IMG/VR virus record: IMGVR_UViG_3300026196_000007 | Coordinates: 1 to 47,817 of that record | From: a virus | Lineage: Duplodnaviria > Caudoviricetes | Direction: 5' to 3' (one strand) | Length of the DNA: 47,817 nucleotides | In this document: one piece after another, positions 9,279 through 17,206 of the stretch | How the letters are laid out: each line of letters begins with the position of its first letter | How positions within the stretch are numbered: the first letter of the stretch is position 1 | Made by a program: the position numbers and the translations under genes | The notes under the pieces: model-generated | Told to the model about the DNA's origin: nothing | Database searches by the model: none | The model's input: only the letters and a program-made list of their open reading frames with translations

Positions 9279-9680
9279 TTAATCTCCAACACTCAAGTCT
9301 ACATCAGGAACAATCACAGATGGCTTAAAAATCACCTTATAGCGGTACGTACTTACACTTGACGATTCTAGTTGTTCAACAAAATAACTCACATTGTCAG
9401 ACAGGCCGAGAAAGTGCTTCTTGAAAGTCGTGTCGCTGGTCTTGCACGTAACCTCAAGTTGGTTTCCTTGATCCTCTATTGAACACCTCCCTTCGATTGA
9501 CAATAAATACGTGTCTGTGATTCCATTAAAGAACACAACACGTCTTTCAATCTGAAACATCTCGGCGGCTTTTGAGAGGTTACGTGAGGCAACCTGCGAA
9601 TCAGTGCTACAGCCAGAAAAAAAAGCTAACAAAAAAATCAAGCTGACTGCTAGAAGTACTGTGGTTTTTGTGTTTTTCAT
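9279..9680 (-). CDS. Phage lipoprotein
   Basis: Signal peptide with lipobox FSGC. Confidence 0.75.
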   Translation of the reverse strand: MKNTKTTVLLAVSLIFLLAFFSGCSTDSQVASRNLSKAAEMFQIERRVVFFNGITDTYLLSIEGRCSIEDQGNQLEVTCKTSDTTFKKHFLGLSDNVSYFVEQLESSSVSTYRYKVIFKPSVIVPDVDLSVGD

Positions 9681-9750
9681 TTTCTATTCCTTTTTTATTG
9701 GTTTTACCGCTGTCCTTATGGTAGCAGCTTATTAAGCCATTATGATGTCC

Positions 9751-10281
9751 CTACAGTGATCCGTCTTCGTATCCTGCGCGGTAGCCGCATTTCGGGCAGA
9801 TCGTGACACCTCTAAATCGGTAATCAGTGCCGTCTTGCGTTCCTTCGCTCCATGTCTTTTCCAGAATGAAGGTGGTGCCGGTTTCATCTTCGGAAAGATC
9901 AACTTGGCATCCTTCGGGACTGCTGCAGTGATAACACTCTCCGCCACTAATGGCATATCCCGCGGTGGTTGCCCCGATCCTGTGAACCACCCGCGCAGTC
10001 CACGGATACGTCTGCCTGTACCCACCCGTCCAATCACAGAATGGTCGCCACCCGTCATAGTTCAGCCACTTGCAAAATTTAAACATTGTCCAGTAAAGCG
10101 ACCACCAGTGAAGGTTTGGCCAAAAGTATTTCCTGTGAAACTCAGATGTTTCGGGAGTCCAACAATCATTTCTCCGCGGTATCCAGCGTATACCGAACGA
10201 ACCTTCAGCAATCATTTTCCAAAATAACCAACGCCGAGGCCGCACAAAAATCCAACCGTAGCAGTAAAATAATGCCGTCAT
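9751..10281 (-). CDS. Hypothetical Trp-rich protein with two CxxC motifs
   Basis: 176 aa, RBS upstream, CYHC and CPKC. Confidence 0.65.
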   Translation of the reverse strand: MTALFYCYGWIFVRPRRWLFWKMIAEGSFGIRWIPRRNDCWTPETSEFHRKYFWPNLHWWSLYWTMFKFCKWLNYDGWRPFCDWTGGYRQTYPWTARVVHRIGATTAGYAISGGECYHCSSPEGCQVDLSEDETGTTFILEKTWSEGTQDGTDYRFRGVTICPKCGYRAGYEDGSL

Positions 10282-10306
10282 CTTTTCCCTCCGTGGCCCG
10301 AACGCA

Positions 10307-10355
10307 TCATAACCAAACGTTCGAGCCTATTCAGGCTCAACTAAAGCCGTTATAT
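10307..10355 (+). mobile_element. attC-like site
   Basis: TCATAAC-CAAAC-GTTCGAGC-CTATTCAG-GCTCAAC-TAAAGCC-GTTATAT. Confidence 0.75.
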
Positions 10356-10356
10356 G

Positions 10357-10527
10357 CTACCAGCAGCCTATTGTATCTCTGTATGCCTGCTCAGCTGCGT
10401 CATGTGCTTCTTGCTCATGCTCTGCATATATGTCTCGCACCTGCTCCCTATATTCCTTATCAGAAATTCCACCATTTTCTAATTCTTCTTCAACCTGTTG
10501 TATCGCTTTATCTACCCAGTGCAACAT
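10357..10527 (-). CDS. Hypothetical 56-aa protein (not in ORF track)
   Basis: Manual translation MLHWVDKAIQQVEEELENGG...DTIGCW*; GAGG RBS; fills the space between two attC-like sites. Confidence 0.6.
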   Translation of the reverse strand: MLHWVDKAIQQVEEELENGGISDKEYREQVRDIYAEHEQEAHDAAEQAYRDTIGCW

Positions 10528-10554
10528 AATTTAATCCTCATTGTTAAGCCTTGC

Positions 10555-10615
10555 ATATAACAAGCGCATAAAGTCAGACTCCGCTTCGCTACGCTGCTTA
10601 TGCAAGTCGTTATTC
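10555..10615 (+). mobile_element. attC-like site
   Basis: ATATAAC-AAGCG-CATAAAGT-CAGACTCCGCTTCGCTACGCT-GCTTATG-CAAGTC-GTTATTC. Confidence 0.85.
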
Positions 10616-10807
10616 TTCAACCAATTCAAGCTGTTTAAGCTCGTCAATTTTGGCGTTACGTTCTTCTTGTGTGTCGAATTTAAGTATGCCGTTTTCATCT
10701 CCCAGCAAAGACCATTTCCGGCCCGAGAGAACTTCAATACAGAACTTTGTTTCAACCTTCTTTGCGGTCAAGAAAGATTGTGTCTTTTTGCGTAATTTAA
10801 TTTGCAT
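10610..10807 (-). CDS. Hypothetical protein
   Basis: 65 aa; start in the R'' box of one attC-like site and stop in the R' box of the next. Confidence 0.6.
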   Translation of the reverse strand: MQIKLRKKTQSFLTAKKVETKFCIEVLSGRKWSLLGDENGILKFDTQEERNAKIDELKQLELVEE

Positions 10808-10889
10808 AACAAAACCTTAGAGCGGACAGGGAGAAGTGTGGCGGCATGCCCGTCCGCTTTGGGGCCTGCCGGTTAAACCGACGTTATGT
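10804..10889 (+). mobile_element. attC-like site with mismatched L boxes, possibly chimeric
   Basis: GCATAAC-AAAAC-CTTAGAGC-GGACAGG...CCTGCC-GGTTAAA-CCGAC-GTTATGT. Confidence 0.6.
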
Positions 10890-10908
10890 TTCTAAACCTT
10901 CTACCTCC

Positions 10909-10939
10909 AAAAGCCTCCCAACATTACGCTGGGAGGCTT
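10909..10939 (-). terminator. Intrinsic terminator-like hairpin
   Basis: AAGCCTCCCA / TGGGAGGCTT 10-bp stem ending in a short T run on the minus strand. Confidence 0.55.
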
Positions 10940-11065
10940 GCTTTTACATAGTGCATTTAGCACTGGCCGGCGCCGATCACATTTTATTAAATTCTAAATT
11001 AACTTTGTGCTTCTGGCATGGATCACGCATTAAAATCACCTCCTTTGCGGCGTAGTATGGGTTTA

Positions 11066-11154
11066 ACATAACCAGTCAGTCAACCGGACTGGAATAACGG
11101 TTGCGGCCTTACGGTATTACTCCGGTGGCCAGCCGGTTACTTCAAACGTTGGCT
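11066..11154 (+). mobile_element. attC-like site
   Basis: ACATAAC-CAGTC-AGTCAACC-GGACTGG...CCAGCC-GGTTACT-TCAAAC-GTTGGCT. Confidence 0.85.
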
Positions 11155-11166
11155 CCGACGCTGCGC

Positions 11167-11211
11167 ATCCAACCAAGTCTTACACCGGGCAGGCCGGTGA
11201 AGCGCCTAAAC
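11167..11211 (+). mobile_element. attC-like site, R' decayed
   Basis: ATCCAAC-CAAGT-CTTACACC-GGGCAGGCC-GGTGAAG, then CCTAAAC instead of a GTT box. Confidence 0.55.
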
Positions 11212-11439
11212 TTCTTCGACATTGACCGAGAATCCGCCGCTATCAATATGACTTTCACCGGCCTCAATACTGACATTGTCCACATCCACGCCGATAAGTT
11301 TATCTGTCCCGCCGTTTCCCGCGTAACTGGAGATATATGCGTCTTTAAAGGCGGCATCCTCGGCTTCTTCTGGGTTTTCTGCGTCAACTTCAACAGAAAC
11401 AAAAACTGGGAACGGGATAGTAACTCGATACTTTTTCAT
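11206..11439 (-). CDS. Hypothetical acidic protein
   Basis: 77 aa, GAGG RBS. Confidence 0.7.
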   Translation of the reverse strand: MKKYRVTIPFPVFVSVEVDAENPEEAEDAAFKDAYISSYAGNGGTDKLIGVDVDNVSIEAGESHIDSGGFSVNVEEV

Positions 11440-11468
11440 TTTTTACCTCATCGCTAAATTTTAATTTA

Positions 11469-11528
11469 CCCCAACAAGGGGCTTCACCAGGACTCCGCTA
11501 CGCTCCGCCGGTGATCCTCGCGTTATGC
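11469..11528 (+). mobile_element. attC-like site
   Basis: CCCCAAC-AAGGG-GCTTCACC-AGGACTCCGCTACGCTCCGCC-GGTGATC-CTCGC-GTTATGC. Confidence 0.75.
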
Positions 11529-11743
11529 TTCGGAGATATTACCATCACCGCGAGCAATTTCGACAATAGAATCAAGCTGGTCAGCAAGAGACCGCCCACC
11601 TGAGTCTACATTTTGCTCTTTTCCTTCAGGAGGGAGAACAGACCAACCCCCATAGCCGTTTTCAATCCACAAGGAAACTTGCCACCCATCCGGCAAACTC
11701 TTAGCGGCATTTTGGATTGAGTCATACAGCTTGGCGTTACTCA
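11523..11743 (-). CDS. Hypothetical protein (start uncertain)
   Basis: 3' part of ORF 11523-11822; possible GTG start overlapping the end of recT; stop lies in R'. Confidence 0.55.
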
Positions 11744-12840
11744 CCACCAATAAAAGGTGGCTCGTCAGGTAGACTTTCTCCACCATCGATGGAACCTCCT
11801 TCTGGCTCCGCATCGGGGCCATGGGCTGACTGAATCACCTCGCCGGTATCGGTATCGACCTGCTCACTTACATCAACTGTATCGAATTCCGCATCGACGA
11901 CCTGACCGCCATGGTCGTTGCCAACACCTTGTTCTTCCTTCGGCATACGCAACTCTTTAGAATTGGCGTTTTCGGCATACACCCCTTGAAACTCGCCGCT
12001 GGAAAACGCTTGTTCGCTGGCCGATAGCCGCCTGTAATCATCGTCTATCCTCTGGCTATCGACGGGGATAGACCCATATGCGGCCCGGACCAGGGTCTTT
12101 AAAACCATCTCATCCTTCCACCCTTCAATGGAAAGCTTTCCCCCGGTCTTTTTTCCGTTAACCCACTCGTCCTTTTCACCACCCCAGAATTCCGGGCTGG
12201 CGTATTTCGGCTTACGCTTGAGCACGTCGGCAATCGACATGACTTTGAGCTGATTCTTTACCGGGCTCGAAAACACTTTGTAATAGAACCCGCCGACGAT
12301 TTCTCCCCGGTCAAACTCGTTTGTAATTTCAAACTCATACGACTCGCCCCTGTTTGCAGCAGATCGCTTGATGGACTTGAACTTGTCGTTGGAATAAACA
12401 ACCTCGATTATGATATCCTCTGGGACCTCAGACTCCACCCCGTATTTGATCGCCTTCAACCTGATCCCGTTGTACCCGAGAATGAAAGTGATATCCCACT
12501 GGTTGGTCTTGTTGTTTTTGTAAGGGATAGGGAAGATGTGGTTTTTCTCGCACGGATCCAAGCCCACACGAGCGTTTGATATGACATCAAGAGCCAGCTT
12601 TTCCATATTAATATACTTCCAATCGTACGGAAGCGGTTCCTTGTTAACATTCCTCTTCTGTTCTGCGGCCTGGATCACCTCGTTAATCTTGATGCAATAA
12701 TTCTGCACCAGCCGTTGCTGGAACGCTGTCAGCGCAATCTCACCGGAACCGGTCTGAAAGCGATCAATAACGTTGTGCATGAACCTTACCTGCAGTGTTT
12801 TTTCAGGAGATACGATTACTTGGTTGTTTTCTTCGCTCAT
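11737..12840 (-). CDS. recT: RecT-family single-strand annealing protein
   Basis: GLDP...IPYKN...GYNG, VYSNDKF, GEIVGGF, EMVLKT; acidic tail; sits with the MBL nuclease and AAA ATPase. Confidence 0.85.
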   Translation of the reverse strand: MSEENNQVIVSPEKTLQVRFMHNVIDRFQTGSGEIALTAFQQRLVQNYCIKINEVIQAAEQKRNVNKEPLPYDWKYINMEKLALDVISNARVGLDPCEKNHIFPIPYKNNKTNQWDITFILGYNGIRLKAIKYGVESEVPEDIIIEVVYSNDKFKSIKRSAANRGESYEFEITNEFDRGEIVGGFYYKVFSSPVKNQLKVMSIADVLKRKPKYASPEFWGGEKDEWVNGKKTGGKLSIEGWKDEMVLKTLVRAAYGSIPVDSQRIDDDYRRLSASEQAFSSGEFQGVYAENANSKELRMPKEEQGVGNDHGGQVVDAEFDTVDVSEQVDTDTGEVIQSAHGPDAEPEGGSIDGGESLPDEPPFIGGE

Positions 12841-12888
12841 GGTTTTTTCCTTTTTTTTGTCAGTTATTGTTGCCCGTTGTCAGCGGCG

Positions 12889-13131
12889 TTATATTTTAAT
12901 CCAGTACCATCTTTTGCAACCGGCTATCAGTTCAGCCTCTGTCATATCGCCAAGGCACGGGACGACGCCCCCGGCGACAATTTCATATTTCTGTAATTCA
13001 TCTTTGAGTAATTCATTATCACCCTCGAAAATCCAATACTCGCCAGTAACATGGGTGCAATTATCAATAAGGAACTGATTGGTTTCTGACGTCTTAACAA
13101 GCGAGGTCAAAAATTCCATGTCTGCCTCCAA
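12889..13131 (-). CDS. Hypothetical protein
   Basis: 80 aa; stop within GTTATAT at 12888. Confidence 0.6.
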   Translation of the reverse strand: MEADMEFLTSLVKTSETNQFLIDNCTHVTGEYWIFEGDNELLKDELQKYEIVAGGVVPCLGDMTEAELIAGCKRWYWIKI

Positions 13132-13132
13132 A

Positions 13133-13225
13133 ATATAACAATCGGTTCAACGCAGATGGCGGGATCTGCTGTTTAATTTTTATTCGCGTTCGGTGGCCCG
13201 CCACTGGTTAACCGAAGAGTTGTGC
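13133..13225 (+). mobile_element. attC-like site
   Basis: ATATAAC-AATCG-GTTCAACG-CAGATGGCGGG...CCCGCCACT-GGTTAAC-CGAAGA-GTTGTGC. Confidence 0.8.
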
Positions 13226-13285
13226 CACCATAAAATCATCAAGCTTTGGTATTAATGTTTCCATGGCTCGGCGTTGGGGTTTCAA

Positions 13286-13597
13286 TCACACACCAATCTC
13301 CCGCCGCAAGATGATCATGGCCGCAATGTAGTTGATTGCCCCAAGTAGATCCTCAATCGCGCGGTCATCATCTGGACAATTTAGTGCCTCAAGGATCTTT
13401 TTTCTCGCCTGGAAGGCCGGGCCACCTGGCCCACACTCCCGGCCGCCCGTCATAATAGGTTGTTCGAGGAATGGCCGGCCATTTGCGTGGCGCTGTTTTC
13501 CTTTCCCCTTGGCTGCTTGGTCTAGCGCTTCGCCAAGCACAGCGGCGAGGGGCGCATAATCTTCGTCTTTTGACTCAATGGCTTCTGCGGTTATCAT
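13286..13597 (-). CDS. Phage hypothetical helical protein
   Basis: QAAKGKGKQRHA...QARKKILE...DLLGAINY; likely start MITAE. Confidence 0.7.
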   Translation of the reverse strand: MITAEAIESKDEDYAPLAAVLGEALDQAAKGKGKQRHANGRPFLEQPIMTGGRECGPGGPAFQARKKILEALNCPDDDRAIEDLLGAINYIAAMIILRREIGV

Positions 13598-13643
13598 AAA
13601 AATTACTCCCCAAGTAGTTAAAGTGGAGGTGAGAACCAGACAA

Positions 13644-15596
13644 TCAGTCAAGTTCAACTCGTAATGCCTTGTCCTGCTCGGACACATAAAGGAAAATCAT
13701 CTGCCCGCCGTACTCTGGCCAGCTGGTCACCTCACCAGCCCGGTCAACGAAGAGCGGTGGGGCAAAACCGTAGAAATCTGACATGATGTCAATGAAGTCG
13801 ATACTGCCCTGGACCTTGGAAGCATCGTTGATCGACCCGTAAGAAACGCCGTCAACAGTTGGGTAGCACACTTCCTTGTCGTCGCCCGAAATGATAGGCT
13901 CGAAAAGGCGGAACTTGAAAATATTGAAGTGTTTGTTCACCTCTTTTTCAAGCAGGCTGTGCTTTTCTCGAATGAACATCTCGGCAAGATACATATTGTT
14001 GTCCGCTGTATTTGATTTCGCCCTGAGATCGTCCAGCTCAGTTTGGTATCTTGCTATCCGCGCCCTTATCTCCTCGTTGGCTTCAATTGCGGATATCTTC
14101 TTGTTTGCGGCGGCAGCCTCTTCTCGGTACGCTGTGATTTGCTCGGTGATGGCCGTTCTCTTTTCTTCAAGACCTTTGGCGCTGGCGTCCTTTCCCGCAA
14201 GTTCTATCTCAGAATCGACCCTGGCTATATCCTCCTGAGCGTCAGCATGCTCCTTTGATCTCGTCTCTGTGTTTTTGATCGAAAATATTTCTTTGTCGAG
14301 CACTTCGATTTTATTGTCGAGTTCTTCTTTTTCCCTTGCAAGGTCATCTCGCCTTGAGCCGACAGCCACAAGCTCTTCGCTGGCCTTTTTCACGGCAGTC
14401 CTCGCCCTGAATCCCTCCTCTGCTATGGACTCTAGCTCGTTTGATTTTAAAACATTGAATTCGGACTCGGCGGGGCCTATGGGGTGGTCCTTCCCGCAAT
14501 GGGGGCATGTTACGACTTCATGTGTGTATGATTTGCCTTTTGCGACAGTCCACGCGACGGCGGCGGCGCTCAGCTTCGCCTTCTCCTCTGAAATCATCTT
14601 CTTAATGTTGATGATGTTAGATGCGGCAACCGCCATCTCTGAGCTTACGCGGTCACTCTCCCTTACAGTCACTCGCCGCCGGTCTTCTATTTCGGCCAAG
14701 ACGGTTTCCCTTGATCGCTCCTCTTCCAAACGGATGTTTTCAAGGTTGACCAGAAGTCCTGATTTCTTCTGCCTGAGTTCATTTAAATACTGGTCATTGG
14801 TCAATCCGGCGCGCTGTATTTCAAGCTTACTCGCAGCTTCCGTACAGTTCTTGGCAATATGCATTAATGCCTGCAGAGATTTGTCCCCTGGATCAACGAT
14901 TGAGGCCTGTGCTTCTGAAATCTTGATTTCATTTTCAAGGATATCCTTATCGGCTTTATCCCTAGATTCTTTGAAGTGCCTCTTTGAGGCACAAGCTCCT
15001 TCCCTCAGAATTATCCCTGAGATAGGAGAATATTTACTTCCAGGTCCGGCATTCTCAATTATCATTTCGTCTGTCACGCCCTTCGACAAATCAAGGAGTA
15101 TGCTCCGGCGCTCCTCCTGGTTCATTTTTTCGGCCATATGATGAATATTTGTCAGCATAATGAATGCCTTTTCATCGACCATTGACGAGATGAATCCGGA
15201 GAACTCTTTTGGCGTTTTTTTGAAGTCGTTGATAAAAAAGTTCGTATTGTGGCCTGTAAGCACTTTTCCCTTGCTGCCCCGTGGCTTGGTCCACTTCTCT
15301 GTGGCCACACGCTTTACGGTTGTCTTTACACCGTCGATCAAGTAGACAGCCTCGACTGATGTCTCCAGGTTGTGAATCTCTTCCCAGGTTGACGGGTCCC
15401 GTGGCTTCCAATCGAACACAGTGTTTCCAGCGTTGTCTTTCCCAAACCATAGCCAGGTGCAGCTGTTGGCCAGAGTAGTCTTCCCGACCTTGTTGTCGCC
15501 ATATATGCGGGCATTCTTGCCATCTAATTCTATGGTTAGGTCCTTCACGCCCTGGAAATTATGCAAACGGAGTGAAATAAGTTCCATTTTTTTCAT
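13644..15596 (-). CDS. Rad50/SMC-like AAA ATPase
   Basis: LHNFQG, GDNKVGKTT Walker A, long coiled coil with central CPHC hook, PLFVD Walker B. Confidence 0.88.
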   Translation of the reverse strand: MKKMELISLRLHNFQGVKDLTIELDGKNARIYGDNKVGKTTLANSCTWLWFGKDNAGNTVFDWKPRDPSTWEEIHNLETSVEAVYLIDGVKTTVKRVATEKWTKPRGSKGKVLTGHNTNFFINDFKKTPKEFSGFISSMVDEKAFIMLTNIHHMAEKMNQEERRSILLDLSKGVTDEMIIENAGPGSKYSPISGIILREGACASKRHFKESRDKADKDILENEIKISEAQASIVDPGDKSLQALMHIAKNCTEAASKLEIQRAGLTNDQYLNELRQKKSGLLVNLENIRLEEERSRETVLAEIEDRRRVTVRESDRVSSEMAVAASNIINIKKMISEEKAKLSAAAVAWTVAKGKSYTHEVVTCPHCGKDHPIGPAESEFNVLKSNELESIAEEGFRARTAVKKASEELVAVGSRRDDLAREKEELDNKIEVLDKEIFSIKNTETRSKEHADAQEDIARVDSEIELAGKDASAKGLEEKRTAITEQITAYREEAAAANKKISAIEANEEIRARIARYQTELDDLRAKSNTADNNMYLAEMFIREKHSLLEKEVNKHFNIFKFRLFEPIISGDDKEVCYPTVDGVSYGSINDASKVQGSIDFIDIMSDFYGFAPPLFVDRAGEVTSWPEYGGQMIFLYVSEQDKALRVELD

Positions 15597-15679
15597 GGTT
15601 TTTCCTTTACAGCGGTTTATTCTTGAAGATCAAAGCCCTGTCCCTGCAATAATTTCGGCATTTATCTCCCTCTCAATAA

Positions 15680-15744
15680 ATATAACAAAGCGTTAGAGAA
15701 TCGACGCGCACAACAGCCGCGCGCGTCTCAACTCATCGTTATTT
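15680..15744 (+). mobile_element. attC-like site
   Basis: ATATAAC-AAAGC-GTTAGAGA...TCTCAAC-TCATC-GTTATTT. Confidence 0.8.
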
Positions 15745-15960
15745 GTCGGCCAATTTGTTTAGAATTTCACCAAGACGCACATATTGTGCCTCGATGTTTT
15801 GGTTAGCAGTTTTCCAATAATCAACCAGCTCAGGGGGTATGTCTGGCCTTTTTAATGCCGCCGTTCTCTCCTTCCCCACGCTCCAATACATGGTCGAAAG
15901 GCCGATTAAGCAAACAAGAAAACATGCAGAGACGCCTACACAAAATCCAATCCAGAACAT
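15739..15960 (-). CDS. Small membrane-anchored protein
   Basis: 73 aa, N-terminal TM, AAGGAG RBS, stop in R'. Confidence 0.7.
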   Translation of the reverse strand: MFWIGFCVGVSACFLVCLIGLSTMYWSVGKERTAALKRPDIPPELVDYWKTANQNIEAQYVRLGEILNKLADK

Positions 15961-15983
15961 AACATTCTCCTTTTTGTTTATTC

Positions 15984-16068
15984 AAACAACAATTCGCTAC
16001 AGTGGATGCTGAGAACTCAGCGGTTTTGATTCAGCGTCAGTGGCGCACCACTGAGCTTTCCGTTAGAT
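15984..16068 (+). mobile_element. attC-like site
   Basis: AAACAAC-AATTC-GCTACAGT-GGATGC...GCACC-ACTGAGC-TTTCC-GTTAGAT. Confidence 0.8.
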
Positions 16069-16554
16069 TGCCTTTAAACAATCTTTGTTCATTACAAACA
16101 CTGTTTCACAGTCCCATCCATATAGAGATTTAGGATTAGTGAACCTTGTGTCATTCTCTCCATTTTCTGTTAAGTGGATAGCGTCGTATTTTCCCGCCAA
16201 TCTTTCAAAATCAATCCAAGGGAACATATCCTCTCCCTCCCAAGGAAGGCGAAGCATGTCTTCAACAGAATCAATTCTCAAAAGACTCCCTACAAACTCA
16301 AGATTGAAGCATTTGCATGTATCTCCATAGCTCTCTGCCTCACACCAGTCTTTCCAGCCAAAACAAGGACCCACAGGGCTTGTCCACAACCCGCCTTTTG
16401 GCTTATTCCTGCGAGGCGAGTTGGTTACTGGTAAAACCAGTTCTTTTTTAAACTCCAAACTACCGTAGTGAACCAACTCAAGTCTAACCAAACGCTCAAT
16501 AGGACTTGCGGAGTTTATCGGTTTTTCAGTGCTTATGGCTTCTGTCGTGTCCAT
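16063..16554 (-). CDS. Phage hypothetical protein, possibly ADP-ribosyltransferase-like fold
   Basis: HYG...NKPKGGLWTSP...YDAIHLT...LYGWDCET; first ~24 aa encoded by the attC-like site. Confidence 0.6.
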   Translation of the reverse strand: MDTTEAISTEKPINSASPIERLVRLELVHYGSLEFKKELVLPVTNSPRRNKPKGGLWTSPVGPCFGWKDWCEAESYGDTCKCFNLEFVGSLLRIDSVEDMLRLPWEGEDMFPWIDFERLAGKYDAIHLTENGENDTRFTNPKSLYGWDCETVFVMNKDCLKAI

Positions 16555-16611
16555 TAGTTTATCCTCGTTATTGGGCTTTGCATCCGCAATCCCATTAGCT
16601 CAACGTCATCT
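16482..16611 (+). mobile_element. Long attC-like site (R' GTC variant) containing a gene start
   Basis: GTCTAAC-CAAAC-GCTCAATA-GGACTTGCGGA...TCCGCAATCC-CATTAGC-TCAAC-GTCATCT. Confidence 0.8.
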
Positions 16612-16863
16612 GGCTTTGTTTTTCTCATGGTTTCTCAAGCTCTGTTCGGCATACCTCACAATGTCACCAAGGGTATTTGTCTCCGTCGGCTGTGATTCAG
16701 ACCACAGAACCCACCCTTCGTCGGTCCGCAATACTATGCGGCTGTATTCGTAGGAAATAACAGCGTCAGATAACCCGGCGCTCAACCCGGATGGAACATT
16801 GTGCGGTGCTGGCGCTGGCGGTGGTTTCTTAAATGTCGGTGGTGGATTGCTTCCTTTCTTCAT
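16606..16863 (-). CDS. Hypothetical protein
   Basis: Likely start MKKGSNPPP after GGAGGAG; stop in R'. Confidence 0.6.
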   Translation of the reverse strand: MKKGSNPPPTFKKPPPAPAPHNVPSGLSAGLSDAVISYEYSRIVLRTDEGWVLWSESQPTETNTLGDIVRYAEQSLRNHEKNKAR

Positions 16864-16901
16864 GTCTCCTCCCTTGGTTCCGGCGAGCTTAGTCGTTGGC
16901 C
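16768..16901 (+). mobile_element. Long attC-like site, imperfect L pairing
   Basis: AGATAAC-CCGGC-GCTCAACC-CGGATGGAAC...GTTCC-GGCGAGC-TTAGTC-GTTGGCC. Confidence 0.6.
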
Positions 16902-16925
16902 TGCATGAAATCCATGCGTCCTTCT

Positions 16926-17105
16926 TCATTGATCCTCATTACGACAAGGCATCTCGACGGGCTCTTTCCCCAAGCCCTGGGGTGTTTTGCTTGCGACCAT
17001 GTTTTCCAAGACCGAGGCCATAGATTTCTCCTCGACTGCAGCAATTAAGCGGAGCTTGGATAGTGTTTTTTTCCAAATCTTGATAGTCACAAATTCATTC
17101 TTCAT
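16926..17105 (-). CDS. 59-aa ribbon-helix-helix-like regulator (not in ORF track)
   Basis: Manual translation MKNEFVTIKIWKKTLSKLRLIAAVEEKSMASVLENMV... Confidence 0.65.
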   Translation of the reverse strand: MKNEFVTIKIWKKTLSKLRLIAAVEEKSMASVLENMVASKTPQGLGKEPVEMPCRNEDQ

Positions 17106-17111
17106 GTAGTT

Positions 17112-17140
17112 AATTTACACCTTGCAAGTAAAGAAGTCAA
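17112..17140 (-). promoter_or_regulatory. Sigma70-type promoter
   Basis: TTGACT-17bp-TAAATT, 6 nt before the ATG at 17105. Confidence 0.65.
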
Positions 17141-17158
17141 CAGTAAATATAAACCTAT

Positions 17159-17206
17159 GGCCAACAAAGGTTTCAACCGGACGAGACGGTTAAACCAGCG
17201 TTACAC
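17159..17206 (+). mobile_element. attC-like site, near-identical to 8839-8886
   Basis: 17150-17203 matches 8830-8883 at 53 of 54 positions. Confidence 0.8.

Noticed and set aside
14269-15141. Long + strand ORFs (also 27082-27891, 35990-36532, 37238-37828)
   Set aside because: Antisense shadows of well-supported minus-strand genes, with no motifs
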